From Tubulanus polymorphus (taxonomy: Eukaryota > Animalia > Nemertea): a stretch of DNA of 64,000 nucleotides. Each line of letters begins with the position of its first letter. The first letter of the stretch is position 1. The notes beneath the pieces were generated by a model. It was not told the DNA's origin and searched no databases. It worked only from the letters and a program-made list of their open reading frames with translations. This document shows positions 10,449 to 23,372 of the stretch, piece by piece. The DNA is taken from the NCBI RefSeq assembly GCF_964204645.1, contig NC_134032.1:2166416-2230415 (forward strand), written 5' to 3'. The translations under genes and the position numbers were made by a program.

Positions 10449-13400
10449 ATATTCCCAATATTTGATTTAACTAACATAAAATCAACACAATTTATTATGT
10501 CTAAAAAAACTCAACTCATAGATTCTAGATTTAATTGCACTTCTGTTAACTAAAGATGATAGTAATGATGTATAGATGTATAATATGATGACCGAACGTT
10601 TGATGAGGAATAACTACTGTGGTTAGATACAATTCTCATTCTTAGGATACGAATCGGTTGATTGAATTCGGTCATTTAAACTACTAGCTAATTTACAGTG
10701 GTCACTATTGAAACGATTAATTGAAGTGCCCTTGAAATCAAGATAGATTCCTGTTGCGTAAATTAACTAATTTTTAAGCGACCACCTTCTATTGTCGGTA
10801 TTCGGTTAGCTCTTGGTTAGCCAGAAGTTTTACCATACAGACTCGGACTTGATGATTGAATTAAATCTTAGAATCAAAATATTGTCACTGGAGTAAATAT
10901 ATATTCCTTATTACACTTTCAGCAGTGATCATATTTTACATGTAAATTGAAGGTATTACTGTCATCTAAAGTTAATAAGGTACTAGAATCGCAAAATTTA
11001 AGTTGTTCAAAACCAACATGAAAATGAGAAGTAAATACACAATATCCATGTATGGTGAATAACGAGACAAATCCCACAATGAATTCAGCAAAAAATCTTC
11101 TACGAGCAATGTTTCGGCTAATGCTATTAGCCATCATCAGGCCCCCGTCAACATGAAAATATTGATACGTAAATCGAATCCATATCATAAGCATACTATA
11201 CCACAAGTTAAAAAGAGTTATTTAGTTCGAATTAAAAGATAGTATGAATAAAATTATGAAAAGATAGTATAAAAAGTTCATTAATTTCATTTATTCTATG
11301 AATTTATTTAAAGATTTATTTCAACAAAAGAGATCAATGCACGGTTAAATATATTGCAGTTGTATTGTGGATGAATATGTTTGAATAAATATCGTGCTTT
11401 CAAATGTTCTTGAAAAATCGCCAAGTGAGGATTTTACCTAGGGGATTTTTACCTACAACCATCTAAAATGCCCCAGGCCCTAAATCCAGTAGGTTTATGG
11501 CGAAAGGTTAAGATTAGGAATGTATTAGCAATATAATTTTTTGAAACAATATTTGGTCTCCCGATGATTTGATTTGCAGGTCAGACTTATTGTTGACCAA
11601 AGTTCTTAAAGTGAATTGCTTTAAAGTAATAAATATCAATGAAACAATATCATAAATTTTGAAGTGAGTTATTTTGTAATAATCCAATTTAAGTGCACTC
11701 CGATGCATGCTAAATTCTTATAAATTCATTTATAAATTTAATTTATACATTTTCCCTCCTCACTTATTCATTCTATATTAGTTTTACTAATGAACATAAC
11801 AGTGGCTTGTGCCTAATGTCAATAAGCAGCGATTGGGTGCCGCCTCTCTGTGTTAATCTATCACGAAAGATTTAACTCGATTAGAGCCGCTGAAAACGTA
11901 TTTCTTTGCAGCCTAGAGTTTATGCATACATGTTCTAAATCAAGACAATATGCTCTATATCAGAGCCTATACTAAAGCATGCACTCATAATTCGTTTAAG
12001 AGTCCGAGGCTTAATTGTGAGAGTTGTTATACAATGAGTAATTAAATGGTTGGATTACAATGGGAGAGATCATTTCATCAGCCACATCGTTGCCCCAGGG
12101 AGTTAGTTATATTCGTTATAGCCAAAATACCTTGACCATGGACTCTAAAACGCTTTAATGTCTAAATCGTTTTAGAGTCCATGACTTGACAGAATATAGA
12201 AATTTGCCCAGAAAAAGTTATGCATATTCCAACAAAAAAGAATCAATAAAGACTTATATTTTGAATTTAAATGAAGAGACAAGTAGTACTTTAAAGGTTA
12301 ACTATTTATTTCGACGCACGAGCTTTCGCTTCTAATGTATAGAAGCTTCAATGAGTGAATTATTAGAATTGGTACATTTAGTAAATTCCGGAAACAAAAC
12401 CTAGTCTTAAGAACTACCATTAACCAAGTTTCAAAGAATTTTGTTCCCTTATGATATTGAATGGTGTGAAATTGAAGTGTCCCTAATGATATATCTTTAT
12501 GTAAGTTCAACTAACTTACCCAGTTAGTGATGATAGTTGAATAATTAACAAAATAATAGTTGGAATATCGTTTAGGACAAATTAGGATTTTACCGGGTAA
12601 GTTTTTTCCTAATAGGCTACCTTTTTGAAGAGCATGCATCCTGAGATACGTATACAAAAATTCGTTTGATGCTAAATGCAGAGTTTTCACGGTAGAACAT
12701 ATTTGGACATCAATTAATCACGTGAAGGGTAGAAATGACAATTTGTCACTGCTGAGCTTATTTCCCTTCACTCAACTTTTTTTAAAGTTTTTTCAATATT
12801 CTCTAATCCGACATTATATACGCTGCGTACTAACTGTACACAATTTCGGGTTTGGGTTGTTTTTGAAAAAAAACAGATTCCCAGCAAATTGTAATTTTTG
12901 GGTTCTTGAAAACGGTCAATATGTTATAGCAGGTTAATGTAAAACCGCATAGAATAGCTACAATGAACAACATGTATCCAGGAAAATATATATTTCAGAA
13001 CACGATCGATTTCACTGAATTTAGCCTCATCATGTAGGATAAAATGAACTTCTGTTGATATTGCGATTGTGCTGTCGTTAGCTGTCCCATAGCTTATTCG
13101 ACTCGCTATCGAAAGTAACAAAACAATGGTCACATGTGTCAATGAACTTATCGCTATTCGAAGTAATGTGCGTATTGAAAAATTTCTCAAGCACTTCGAA
13201 TTTCCGATTGCTTAAACGCCAAATTTGCATTCGAAATATTAAGCCGATCTATTCTAATTCATACCTGGTCGTGTTATAAGCAATTCAAGCGTTTAGTTTG
13301 TACTTTAAAATAAAATGAAATAGATTGATTGATGAAATACAAATCAAGTCAAACAAACTCAACTAACTGACTACTACTGAGTTATTTTTATTCGATGAAA

Positions 13401-14451
13401 GAACATATTCTAGTTAGTTGAAAGAACATATTCTAGTTCATTGGCTCGAACCTTGATTATTGTCTAAGTTGTACTATAACTAACATGCCAATGGATGTGT
13501 ACATGCGCCTCTCTGATTGGCTAGAATCCTTGCATTCGATGGCGGCATCAGTGAACTAACGGGGAAATTAGAATTGTATGTTTGACCACGGATTCTTTGT
13601 TTTTGAGTCCATGGTTTTGGATCTGGTTTTATCGTGAGTTTGATTAACGTACATTGTAGAGAACAATGGTGGGGATTCGAATAACGTGCATCCTTTATTC
13701 AGAAAGAGTATCATTACGTATATACATATAGAAATTATTACAATAACTTTAATCAGAATTATCTCATCACGCAGAACCAGTGAAATAGCCGTTGTAAAGC
13801 CGCAAAGTAAATTGAATGAATGAGTAGGTGCTCACGCATTTGTTTCCATTTCATAAGAATCAATTCCAAACAGATGAATCAGATTCGAATTTTTGCTTCT
13901 TCGTTATGCGAAGTTTTTTTTTATATCAGAGACTCTTATACGATTTAGGTTTTAGAGTCCATGGTTATATGAATATCTTATGATTTCTCAACTTTCATCA
14001 AATACTTAGGAATGCCATTGAACGTTTGGGTAAAAAGTTCTGCTAAATTTGATTACCATCGGCTTTTTAGATAATCTCCACGAAGGTCACAATTTTAGTG
14101 ATTTGACCTTGGGAGGTTTAAACCTCCCGAATCCAATTTGCGAAATATCGGTCCTCTTTGTCGGCGGTAATGAAAGAATACATAGAGCGAAGTTTCTATT
14201 GTGCGCCGGCCGCATTTTGTTCACGAATAGCTTACGTAATAAATTGAAAGTTGAGATCATAGGCGGATATAGCGCTCTATGGCCCACGTTCAATTCATAA
14301 ACTGGTCCGCAAATAAAGTGTTTAGAAGTATAATTGACACGTTTGTACGATTTTGCGCTGTAAATTTATCATTTTTCAGGACTCAAGGACCAGAAATTGG
14401 CAATATTTTTGATACAAACTGAGAAAGTATCAAAACATTTGGGAACGTGTT
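10449..14451 (+). repeat. Copy 2 of the 4003-bp tandem duplication
   Basis: Separated from copy 1 by a unique 38-bp junction (10411-10448). Confidence 0.97.
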
Positions 14452-14539
14452 CTCGGGGCTTATTGAATTAATTATCAATTAACCCCCGGGTTTAAGTTAA
14501 TACTAGTCTATAAAACCGGGCTTAGGTCTATAACAGCTG

Positions 14540-14782
14540 GGTGGGTTTAATTTGACTCTGGATCCAGTTCCACAGTTGTGTGGGTTTAATTTGACTACGG
14601 ACCCAGTTCCACAGTAGTGTGTGGGTTTAATTTGACTGTGGATCCAGTTCCACAGTTGTTTGGGTTTAATTTGACTACGGACCCAGTTCCACAGTAGTGT
14701 GTGGGTTTAATTTGACTGTGGATCCAGTTCCACAGTTGTCTGGGTTTTATTTGACTCTGGATCTAGTTGCACAGTTGTGTGA
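14540..14782 (+). repeat. 39-bp minisatellite family B, about 6 units
   Basis: Units of GGGTTTAATTTGACTCTGGATCCAGTTCCACAGTTGTGT. Confidence 0.92.
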
Positions 14783-15312
14783 GAATAATTGGATTTTGTA
14801 TTCAGGATTTTAAGATGTGTAGGCATGAAAACACGATATACACAATTTTGGCGGCTAGCCCTACCAATATGTCGCCTATGTCACTATAACGTAATGATAT
14901 CACAATAGGAAATTCATATAGTTGCTATAAATTGATTTAGAAAGTTTAAAGAATGTTTGAAAAATAAGAACTTGGCCATTAGTACCCTGGCACTCAGTTT
15001 TGGTATTACAAACATTTTTTCTAGAGAAAATTCAGTGTTTGAATTTCAATTTCAGTATGTGTGTGTTCGCACTCAAAAAGGCCTTCGTTTACAAATTATG
15101 AATTTTGCCTTTATGAGAAATCCTCTTATTCATATGGATTGGTATTATACTATAAATGATCGTTAAGCTGTATTCAGTGTTTCACGCCAGGTGACTGTAA
15201 TTATTTAAATATTCCTAGCGTTCTATTTTATTCTATCATTGCGACGTACATTACCACTACGCTACTATGCTGAAATTCGAATTCGACTTTTAGGTAGGCT
15301 AATATAATACCG

Positions 15313-16770
15313 GTCTAAGTTCGCGTTTGTTCTATATACGATCTAACAATTTCAGACCAGTCTCAGCTCATTTTGGTACTATAACCGATCCAACATTTTA
15401 AGACCAGTCTAAGCTCATTTTGGTTCTATAGCCAATCTAACAACTTAAGACCAGTCTAAGCTCATTTTAGTTCTATAACCGATCCAACATTTTAAGACCA
15501 GTCTAAGCTCATTTTGGTTCTATAACCAATCTATAACGACTTAAGACCAGTCTAAGCTCATTTTAGTTCTATAACCAATCTAACAATCTTAGACCAGTCT
15601 AAGCTCATTTTGGTTCTATAACCAATCTAACAACTTAAGACCAGTCTAAGCTCATTTTAGTTCTATAGACAATCTAACAATCTAAGACTAGTCTAAGCTC
15701 ATTTTGGTTCTATAGCCAATCTAACAACTTAAGACTAGTCTAAGCTCATTTTGGTTCTATAGCCAATCTAACAACTTAAGACCAGTCTAAGCTCATTTTA
15801 GTTCTATAGACAATCTAACAATCTAAGACTAGTCTAAGCTCATTTTGGTTCTATAGCCAATCTAACAACTTAAGACCAGTCTAAGCTCATTTTAGTTCTA
15901 TAGCCAATCTAACAATCTAAGACTAGTCTAAGCTCATTTTGGTTCTATAGCCAATCTAACAACTTAAGACCAGTCTAAGCTCATTTTAGTTCTATAGACA
16001 ATCTAACAATCTAAGACTAGTCTAAGCTCATTTTGGTTCTATAGCCAATCTAACAACTTAAGACCAGTCTAAGCTCATTTTAGTTCTATAACCAATCTAA
16101 CAACGTAAGACCGGTCTAAGCTCATTTTAGTTCTATAACCAATCTAACAACTTAAGACCAGTCTAAGCTTATTTTAGTTCTATAACCAATCTAACAACTT
16201 AAGACTAGTCTAAGCTCATTTTGGTTCTATAGCCAATCTAACAACTTAAGACCAGTCTAAGCTCATTTTAGTTCTATAACCAATCTAACAACTTAAGACC
16301 GGTCTAAGCTCATTTTAGGTCTATAACCAATCTAACAACTTAAGACCAGTCTAAGCTTATTTTAGTTCTATAACCAATCTAACTACTTAAGACAAGTCTA
16401 AGCTCATTTTAGTTCTATAACCAATCTAACAACTTAAGACTAGTCTAAGCTCATTTTGGTTCTGTAGCCAATCTAACTACTTACGACCAGTCTAAGCTCA
16501 TTTTGGTTCTATAACCAATCTAACAACTTAAGACCAGTCTAAGCTCATTTTAGTTCTATAGCCAATCTAGCAACTAAAGACCCGTCTAAGCTCATTTTGG
16601 TTCTGTAACCAATCTAACAACTTAAGACCAGTCTAAGCTCATTTTAGTTCTATAGCCAATCTAGCAACTTAAGACCAGTCTAAGCTAATTTTGGTTCTAT
16701 AGAAAATCTAACAACTTAAGACCAGTCTAAGCTCATTTTGGTTCTGTAACACCACGATCTAACGACTTTA
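15313..16770 (+). repeat. 47-bp minisatellite family A, largest array (about 31 units)
   Basis: Tandem units read directly. Confidence 0.97.
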
Positions 16771-17375
16771 CATCAGTTTTAGACTCAAAACCACTAACGG
16801 AACTCTCCAAATGTGTTTTACTGGGTAAGGTTTAGTTAAGAATTTCTCAAAAGATGTAGGTTAAAAGTAAAAGGCTGGCCTAAATATCGAGCAGTATTGC
16901 GTGCCTGATCAGTAGATAGGTGAAAATTACAAAATCTAGAAAGACCTAAAACAGTATTTAATCGCTGTATATCATAACATAGTTTTATTTCCAGGATAAA
17001 AGGTTCACGGGGTCGGCGTTCTGAGTTCAATGTTCAACGAGGACATGCTCAGTCGAAGTGTTATACAATATAGACTAACATGCACTGGCCTATAGACGTA
17101 GTCTGCGAAGACGTTTCGAACGAAATACGCCGTCATGGAACTAAAACAGAAGTAAGTAAATATTCATGCAAATATAAACACGCGTTATGATAAAATGCGC
17201 TCGGTTTGTTTCATTTCGAAAATGAGATAATCCATCACGAAATAAATATACGCATTTAGCTCGTCAGTGAAGCTAGCTCGTTGACTGGAACCAATTTCAA
17301 CTCGGAGTTATCGCCAACTCGCAACTGTGGAACTGCATCGAGGATGCAGTCTGAAATTGAATTATTATCACCAAT

Positions 17376-17628
<253 letters not shown>

Positions 17629-18682
17629 TGATCATTTGTCCGACTGAAAAGAATCAAACAGTTTGTTGTTCAGGATTCAGTTCCACAGTGTTGCGAGTTC
17701 CACAATTGCGAGTTGAGATTTAGTAACTCGGAGTAAACTCATTTCGAAAATGAATTAACTTTAACTCGCAATTAACTCTAACTCACACAACACCGTGGAA
17801 CTGGGTCCTGTGCCATATAGAAACCCAACCTTGGTTTTCTATCGGTTATATAATCATTGCTACGAAATGTTATCATTCATCATGGCGTGCGGTCGTCGGT
17901 CTCATGCGACGCAACGCGACAATCGCGTTGGAGGCACTCGCATAAAACATTTGACACATAATACAATACAAATTGCTGAAAACTATGAAATCTGGCTGAA
18001 AGATAAGTTTCCAGTTTCTAGGCGCCATTTTGTGGCGGTTCCTCGAGGTCCAAATTGTTGCGGCAATTTGCGCTCATTTTTAACACATAAGTTTAGTTTT
18101 GGGACTACGTGCGTGTATGCTACAAGCGCGTTTGAATCTGAATGCAATAAAGCTCGCGCAGTCAAATTACGTAATTCCAAGGCTTTATTTGAAACATTGA
18201 AATGATTTATCGTCACAGATTTACCGAATATTGAATTGATGACCTAATTGCTAATGCAATAATAGGCGAATTTGTTAAATCCATTCATATTCTAAAGTCG
18301 ATATGAGTGTTGTTTACATTCTTGTTACTGCCACTTTCGGGTCGGGTTTCTAGATTATTTCGAATGTGCTCACTTTTTACAACGAATTAACAACTAATTC
18401 GATCGTAGCCGAATAGCTTTAGCTCCAGTCGATTTTTGGCTAACGTGCATATAAAAACTAAGGCAGTGGAATTCGTCGACGCATTAATGTTTAGTCGCGC
18501 GCGGCCCTTAACGAAACTTTTAACAATATTTTCAAAAGGAATTGTCCAAGTATGCACAAATACGTGTACTTCGTTTCGGCCGGTCGCTTTGGATTTATTC
18601 CTGAGCTGGGACCGGCTTCGATAGACTGGTATTATCGGCTCGAATTAGCAGATGCTAACCCGGGGTTAAAGTTAGAACACTG

Positions 18683-18779
18683 GACCCAGTTCCACAGTCG
18701 TGAGTTAGAGTTAACTCTCAGTTAAAATCAATTCATTTTCAACGAGTCAAATCATAACTCACAACTGTCGAACTGGGTC
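18683..18779. mobile_element. Harbinger-like MITE family C (TIR GACCCAGTTCCACAG); degenerate relative at about 17674-17807
   Basis: Terminal inverted repeats with CTG/CAG (CWG) flanks. Confidence 0.75.
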
Positions 18780-19280
18780 CAGGAGTTAAAGTTGACTCTC
18801 AGTTAAAAGTTAGTTCATTTTCAATTAAGTTAACTTATTTATCTATTAATAGTTATTATTTAGTTATTCAATTAGTTACTAGGAACTGGACCCCGATCAT
18901 TAAAACCTGATCTAGTGTGTTCTCATTATGGTGCTGAAGAAGACGTTAGCTTCGCATTATCAACATGTTTTTTTCAAATCGTCCCTTTACGCTTTTCGGG
19001 TCTATCGGGTTACAACATTAATTATTTAAAAATTTTCTAATTCTTAGAACGCCGGATAAAAAACTAGTTCATATTTTCAGATACGACGCGAGCTTCAATA
19101 TACTGCGTGACCTGGATCCGTTTTATAGACATATTGTCACAATATATCATAACCAATTTAGTTTTAATTTGTGTCCCTAGATTAGATTAGAGGTCGGCAA
19201 TCTTTGACTGGAAGACAATACCGAAAGCCAAATACATCTACGGCCCAGTAGTTGCCGAAACAAACTGAGAAAGTTCGAAA

Positions 19281-21222
19281 ATGCTGCCAAGGAGCGGCGC
19301 CGATGTCGATAAACAGACCCTAGCGCCCTCTGCTGGCAGTACCGAAAACGATGTCAGTAGACAGACGCCGGCGACCTCTGGCGGCGGTGATGAAAAAGAT
19401 CTCAAGCCAGCGAGCTCCGAAAACGGAACCGACGGCCCGAAACGAAACGGCAATACATCGAGAACGCCAACGACCTGTTTCAACGAAACCGGAGCGATCA
19501 TAGCGAACTCTGGCGGCGGTTACGAACACGACGACGACGTCTCGCAGACGCCAGCGGCCCCTGACGGCGGGTACGGATGGCTGATCGTATTCGCGTCGTT
19601 CATGTGCGATTGCATGGCAGACGGCGTCGCCTTCTCGTTCGGAGTTCTGATGGACGAGTTCTTGGACTATTTCCGCGAAAGCAACAGCAAAACCTCCTGG
19701 GTCGGGTCCTTATTTCACGGTATACCGCTAATAGCCGGACCGCTGGCTAGCGCGCTCATCACGCGTTACGGATGTCGGTGGGTTTGCATGGCCGGCGGCG
19801 TGTTAACAAGTCTAGGCTTCATAATAAGTTTCTTCGCTGTAAATATCGATTATTTATGCTTCAGTTTCGGGTTGCTATCCGGTTTCGGTTTATCGCTAGT
19901 CTACACTCCGGCCGTCGTCATAGTCGCGTTCTATTTCGACAAGAAGCGCTCGTTCGCTACCGGACTAGCGGCATCTGGTAGCGGAATCGGTTCCCTCATA
20001 TTCGCCCCTCTGATCGAGTATCTGATCGGTATCTACGGTTGGAAGGGCACGTTATGGATACTCGGCGGTATCATGCTGAATTTCGTCGTTTGCGGCGCCC
20101 TCTTTCGGCCGGTCGAGACGAAATCGCAACGGACGATACGCCGGAACTTGCGGACTTTCGACGAAATTCTTTCTAGGGAAAATAGCGAATGCGGCGGAAA
20201 CGACGCCGCGTCGGATCTGGATAAGACGCTCGTAGCGCGTCATAACGGCCGTAGGCCTAGTCGCAATATGCTGAATCTGATACAGACCTCGGTCGTCAAG
20301 TCGGATATAGAAATACCGACTTTCATCGACGGACGCCCGTATCGTCGCGGGGGAGATCGGGAAGATGGAGGAGCAACCGTCGATTTAGATGAACCAGGCG
20401 CCGCTTCGAGCATCGCGAACGGTCGCCTTCAAAACGGCCAAGTTCGAATCTTCAGCGACAGCGAAAACGAAGAACCCTTATTAGAACCAAACCAGTGCAA
20501 TAAAAATCATATTTCCCATAGATGCGGGCTCGAAAGCGCGCGCCTGACCGCTAAACACAAAAGCCTAGCTCACTGCGTCAGTACCAGCAGGATTATGGTA
20601 CCTTTACCCGACTACCGACGAGGCGCTGTCAGTTTCAGCTGTCCGAACGTTTTCGACAGCGACAGCGAAGTAGAGACCGCTGCGCCCGGTAGAGAGGACA
20701 GACGGGCAGCCGGCTGCTGCGATCGGAAACTCGTGCGCAAAGTCTGGAGCGAAATGTTCGACTTAAACATCCTTAAACAACCGACGTATTTCCTATTTTT
20801 CGTGTCGAATTTCATCTTGTACGTCTGGTACGACGTCGCCTATTTCTTTCTGCCCGAGTTCGCCACGCAGCAGGGCATCAGCGCCCAGAACGCCGCCTGG
20901 AGCGTCGCCATATTGGGCGTGATGAACACTATCGGTCAGATATTCTTCGGCTATCTCGGCGACCTGCCCCGTCTACGCACGGCGTACGTCTACGCCGTTG
21001 CTATCGGTCTGTGCGGCATCGCAACCACGTTCACGCCGCTTTGCACGGATTTCGCGTCGATCTGCGTCTATAGCGCGCTGTTCGGGTTTTTCATCGGCGC
21101 CGACTACGCGCTCTGCTCTGTGATAATCATCGAAATTCTCTCGCTGCAACAGCTGACCAACGCGTACGGTATGATGATGTGCGGTCAGGGGATAGCTAAT
21201 CTCATCGGTCCACCCATAGCTG
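19281..21222 (+). CDS. SLC16 monocarboxylate transporter family protein, coding exon 1 (716 aa in total with exon 2)
   Basis: TM1 signature APDGGYGWLIVFASF, RYGCR, YFDKKRSFATGLA, YGWKG, CGALFRP, long central loop, LIGPPIAG. Donor G|GTAAG at 21223. From memory it resembles the invertebrate chaski-like / SLC16A12-14-like group. Confidence 0.95.
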
Positions 21223-21325
21223 GTAAGTTCACTAAAGTGCGGTGTAGGTTTCCGGATTAAAGATTAACATCAGGTGAATGAAGCAACTAAAGAGTCCAAG
21301 GTTTACTATTAACTTTAAACGTTAA

Positions 21326-21467
21326 ACTCTTAGCTTTTAACTAGTTCATTTGACGCTTTCGCTACTAGTGCATGTAGCTAGCAGCTTCACCAGGTAAATG
21401 ATCGATGAAGCTAATACATTAGTAGCGAAAGCTAGTGCGTCAGATAAATTAGTCAAAAGTTAACAGT
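21326..21467. mobile_element. About 140-bp palindromic MITE-like element in the SLC16 intron
   Basis: Imperfect inverted arms (GCTTTCGCTACTA / TAGTAGCGAAAGC and further pairs), TTAA on both flanks. Confidence 0.65.
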
Positions 21468-21778
21468 TTAAAGTATTTCCGTCGAGTACTGTACCCTTTC
21501 CTATGGTTTTGCCGATATTTTCTAAATTTGGATTGATCGCCAATGGTTTTTCTACGCGACCCGGCCCTGCGGTATTGCATTTAGCCACCGGCGAAATCCG
21601 CCATCTTTTTTCTTGGCGTTCTCGCAGTAGAACGCGTTGGATTTTAATGGTTTCGTCCGTCTGATAAACTAGTTGATCTATAAAGTACAACTCGTCCCTG
21701 CAATTAACTGATATCTATCTCAGAGTAGAGTAAACATCATCAGAGGAACAAAAACACAACAATAATTATTGTGATTTG

Positions 21779-22165
21779 TTCCTCTGATGATGAGGCTTAG
21801 TTAAAGCTTAAGCCGGGCGTTGGTCGACGTTGCGACGCGACGCGATCGTCGCATTGCGTCACAAGTGGCCGCGCAAGTCGGTTGCGACGCGATTGTCAGC
21901 GACTGAGTGCGACTAGTTGCTGCCAGTCGCAACAGCACGCAGGTCGGTTGCGACGGTCGCGTCGCATCGCAGAAAGTAGAACATGTGCGACTCATCGCGG
22001 CTGGCGTCGCTGGAAGTCGCAACCCGTCGCTGGCGGTCGCAAGGTAGCGTAGGTTAGTGAGTCGTTGCGACGCGATCGTCGCTGGCGGTCGCAGTGAGTC
22101 GCGTCGCAGTGAGTCGCAAGCCGTCGCAAGGCCGACCTACGCCCGCCTTTAGAAACTGTCAGGAA
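21779..22165 (+). ncRNA. Hammerhead motif interrupted by a MITE
   Basis: Removing 21811-22151 gives TTCCT-CTGATGA-T-GAGGCT-tagttaa-AGCTTA-GAAA-CT-GTC-AGGAA, with a 5-bp stem I and a GUC triplet. Confidence 0.7.
21811..22148. mobile_element. PIF/Harbinger-type MITE
   Basis: Imperfect TIRs AGCCGGGCGTTGGTCGACGTTGCGACG / CGTCGCAAGGCCGACCTACGCCCGCCT; TTA TSD (21808-21810, 22149-22151); internal GTCGC/GCGAC repeats. Confidence 0.85.
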
Positions 22166-22346
22166 AATAAACTGTTTTACAGATCTAACTGGCTTTTTAT
22201 TTGTTTACTACTCGTCCCGTTGTTTCAATAAAAAAAAGATGAAATTGAAGTAGAGGCTCGCTCCAATTTTAATTTTCTGTTGGTGGAAAATGTAAATTTT
22301 CATCAATCGTAATTCTGAATAAATCTAGATTTTAGAAATTGAATGG

Positions 22347-22927
22347 CCAGTGAACCAACCGGTAACCGATCATTACTCGAGCCCCAGTGAACCAACCGAG
22401 AACTGATCATTACCCGAGTTCTAGTGAACCAACCGAGAACTGATCATTACTCGAGTCCCAGTGAACCAACCGAGAACTGGTCATTACTCGAGTCTCAGTG
22501 AACCAACCGAGAACTGATCATTACTCGAGTCTCAGTGAACCAACCGAGAACTGATCATTACTCGAGTCCCAGTGAACCAACCGGTAACTGATCATTACTC
22601 GAGTCCCAGTGAACCAACCGAGAACTGATCATTACTCGAGTCCCAGTGAACCAACCGAGAACTGATCATTACTCGAGTCTCAGTGAACCAACCGAGAACT
22701 GATCATTACTCGAGTCTCAGTGAACCAACCGAGAACTGATCATTACTCGAGTCTCAGTGAACCAACCGAGAACTGATCATTACTCGAGCCCCGGTGAACC
22801 AACCGAGAACTGATCATTACTCGAGTCTCAGTGAACCAACCGCGAACTGATCATTACTCGAGTCTCAGTGAACCAACCGAGAACTGGTCATTACTCGAGC
22901 CCCAGTGAACCAACCGGCAACTGATCA
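22347..22927 (-). repeat. 37-bp minisatellite family E, about 15-16 units, inverted relative to the 27860-31957 array
   Basis: Units of CAGTGAACCAACCGAGAACTGATCATTACTCGAGTCC. Confidence 0.97.
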
Positions 22928-22935
22928 AAGTAATC

Positions 22936-23080
22936 GCCTCCCTCTCCTGGCTCTCACTCTCCCTCTCCCTCTCCTGGCTCTCCCTCTCCCTATCCTGGCT
23001 CTCCCTCTCCCTCTCCTGGCTCTTCCTCTCCTGGCTATCCCTCTCCCTCTCCCTCTCCTGGCTCTCCCTCTCCCTCTCCT
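22936..23080 (+). repeat. CT-rich low-complexity repeat
   Basis: CTCTCCCTCTCCTGG-like units. Confidence 0.9.
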
Positions 23081-23145
23081 TGTCATTTAAATCGTTTTTT
23101 GTAGTAGTTTCTGTCACAGATATCGATGTTAGCGCCTTGTTTTTA

Positions 23146-23311
23146 AACCCACGCACACGACAATGAAAACAGCTGTGACGGAAACATGTTTCGAGCGTGT
23201 CTACGTGTCGTGTGCGTTTACGAGAAGCGAGAAACACGGTTTCGCGAAACGGCGCCGTTTCCGAGATCAAACATGGTTCTTGGCGTTTCCCTGTGTCGTG
23301 TGCGTTGGGCT
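23146..23311. mobile_element. PIF/Harbinger-type MITE
   Basis: TIRs AACCCACGCACACGACA / TGTCGTGTGCGTTGGGCT; TTA on both flanks. Confidence 0.8.
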
Positions 23312-23372
23312 TTAGAGAACGGTAATTGGAAGCTTCGCGTCTCATTTCGTATCACCTCTTATTTATTTTCAG

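Noticed and set aside
21223-21260. C-terminus KFTKVRCRFPD of the 659-aa ORF
   Set aside because: Read-through into the intron; the donor at 21223 splices to 23373 and restores the last transmembrane segment.
22854-23345. 163-aa ORF with ERES repeats (also GA-rich ORF 62530-62721 and IDWL ORF 24032-24256)
   Set aside because: Translations of simple repeats and a MITE.
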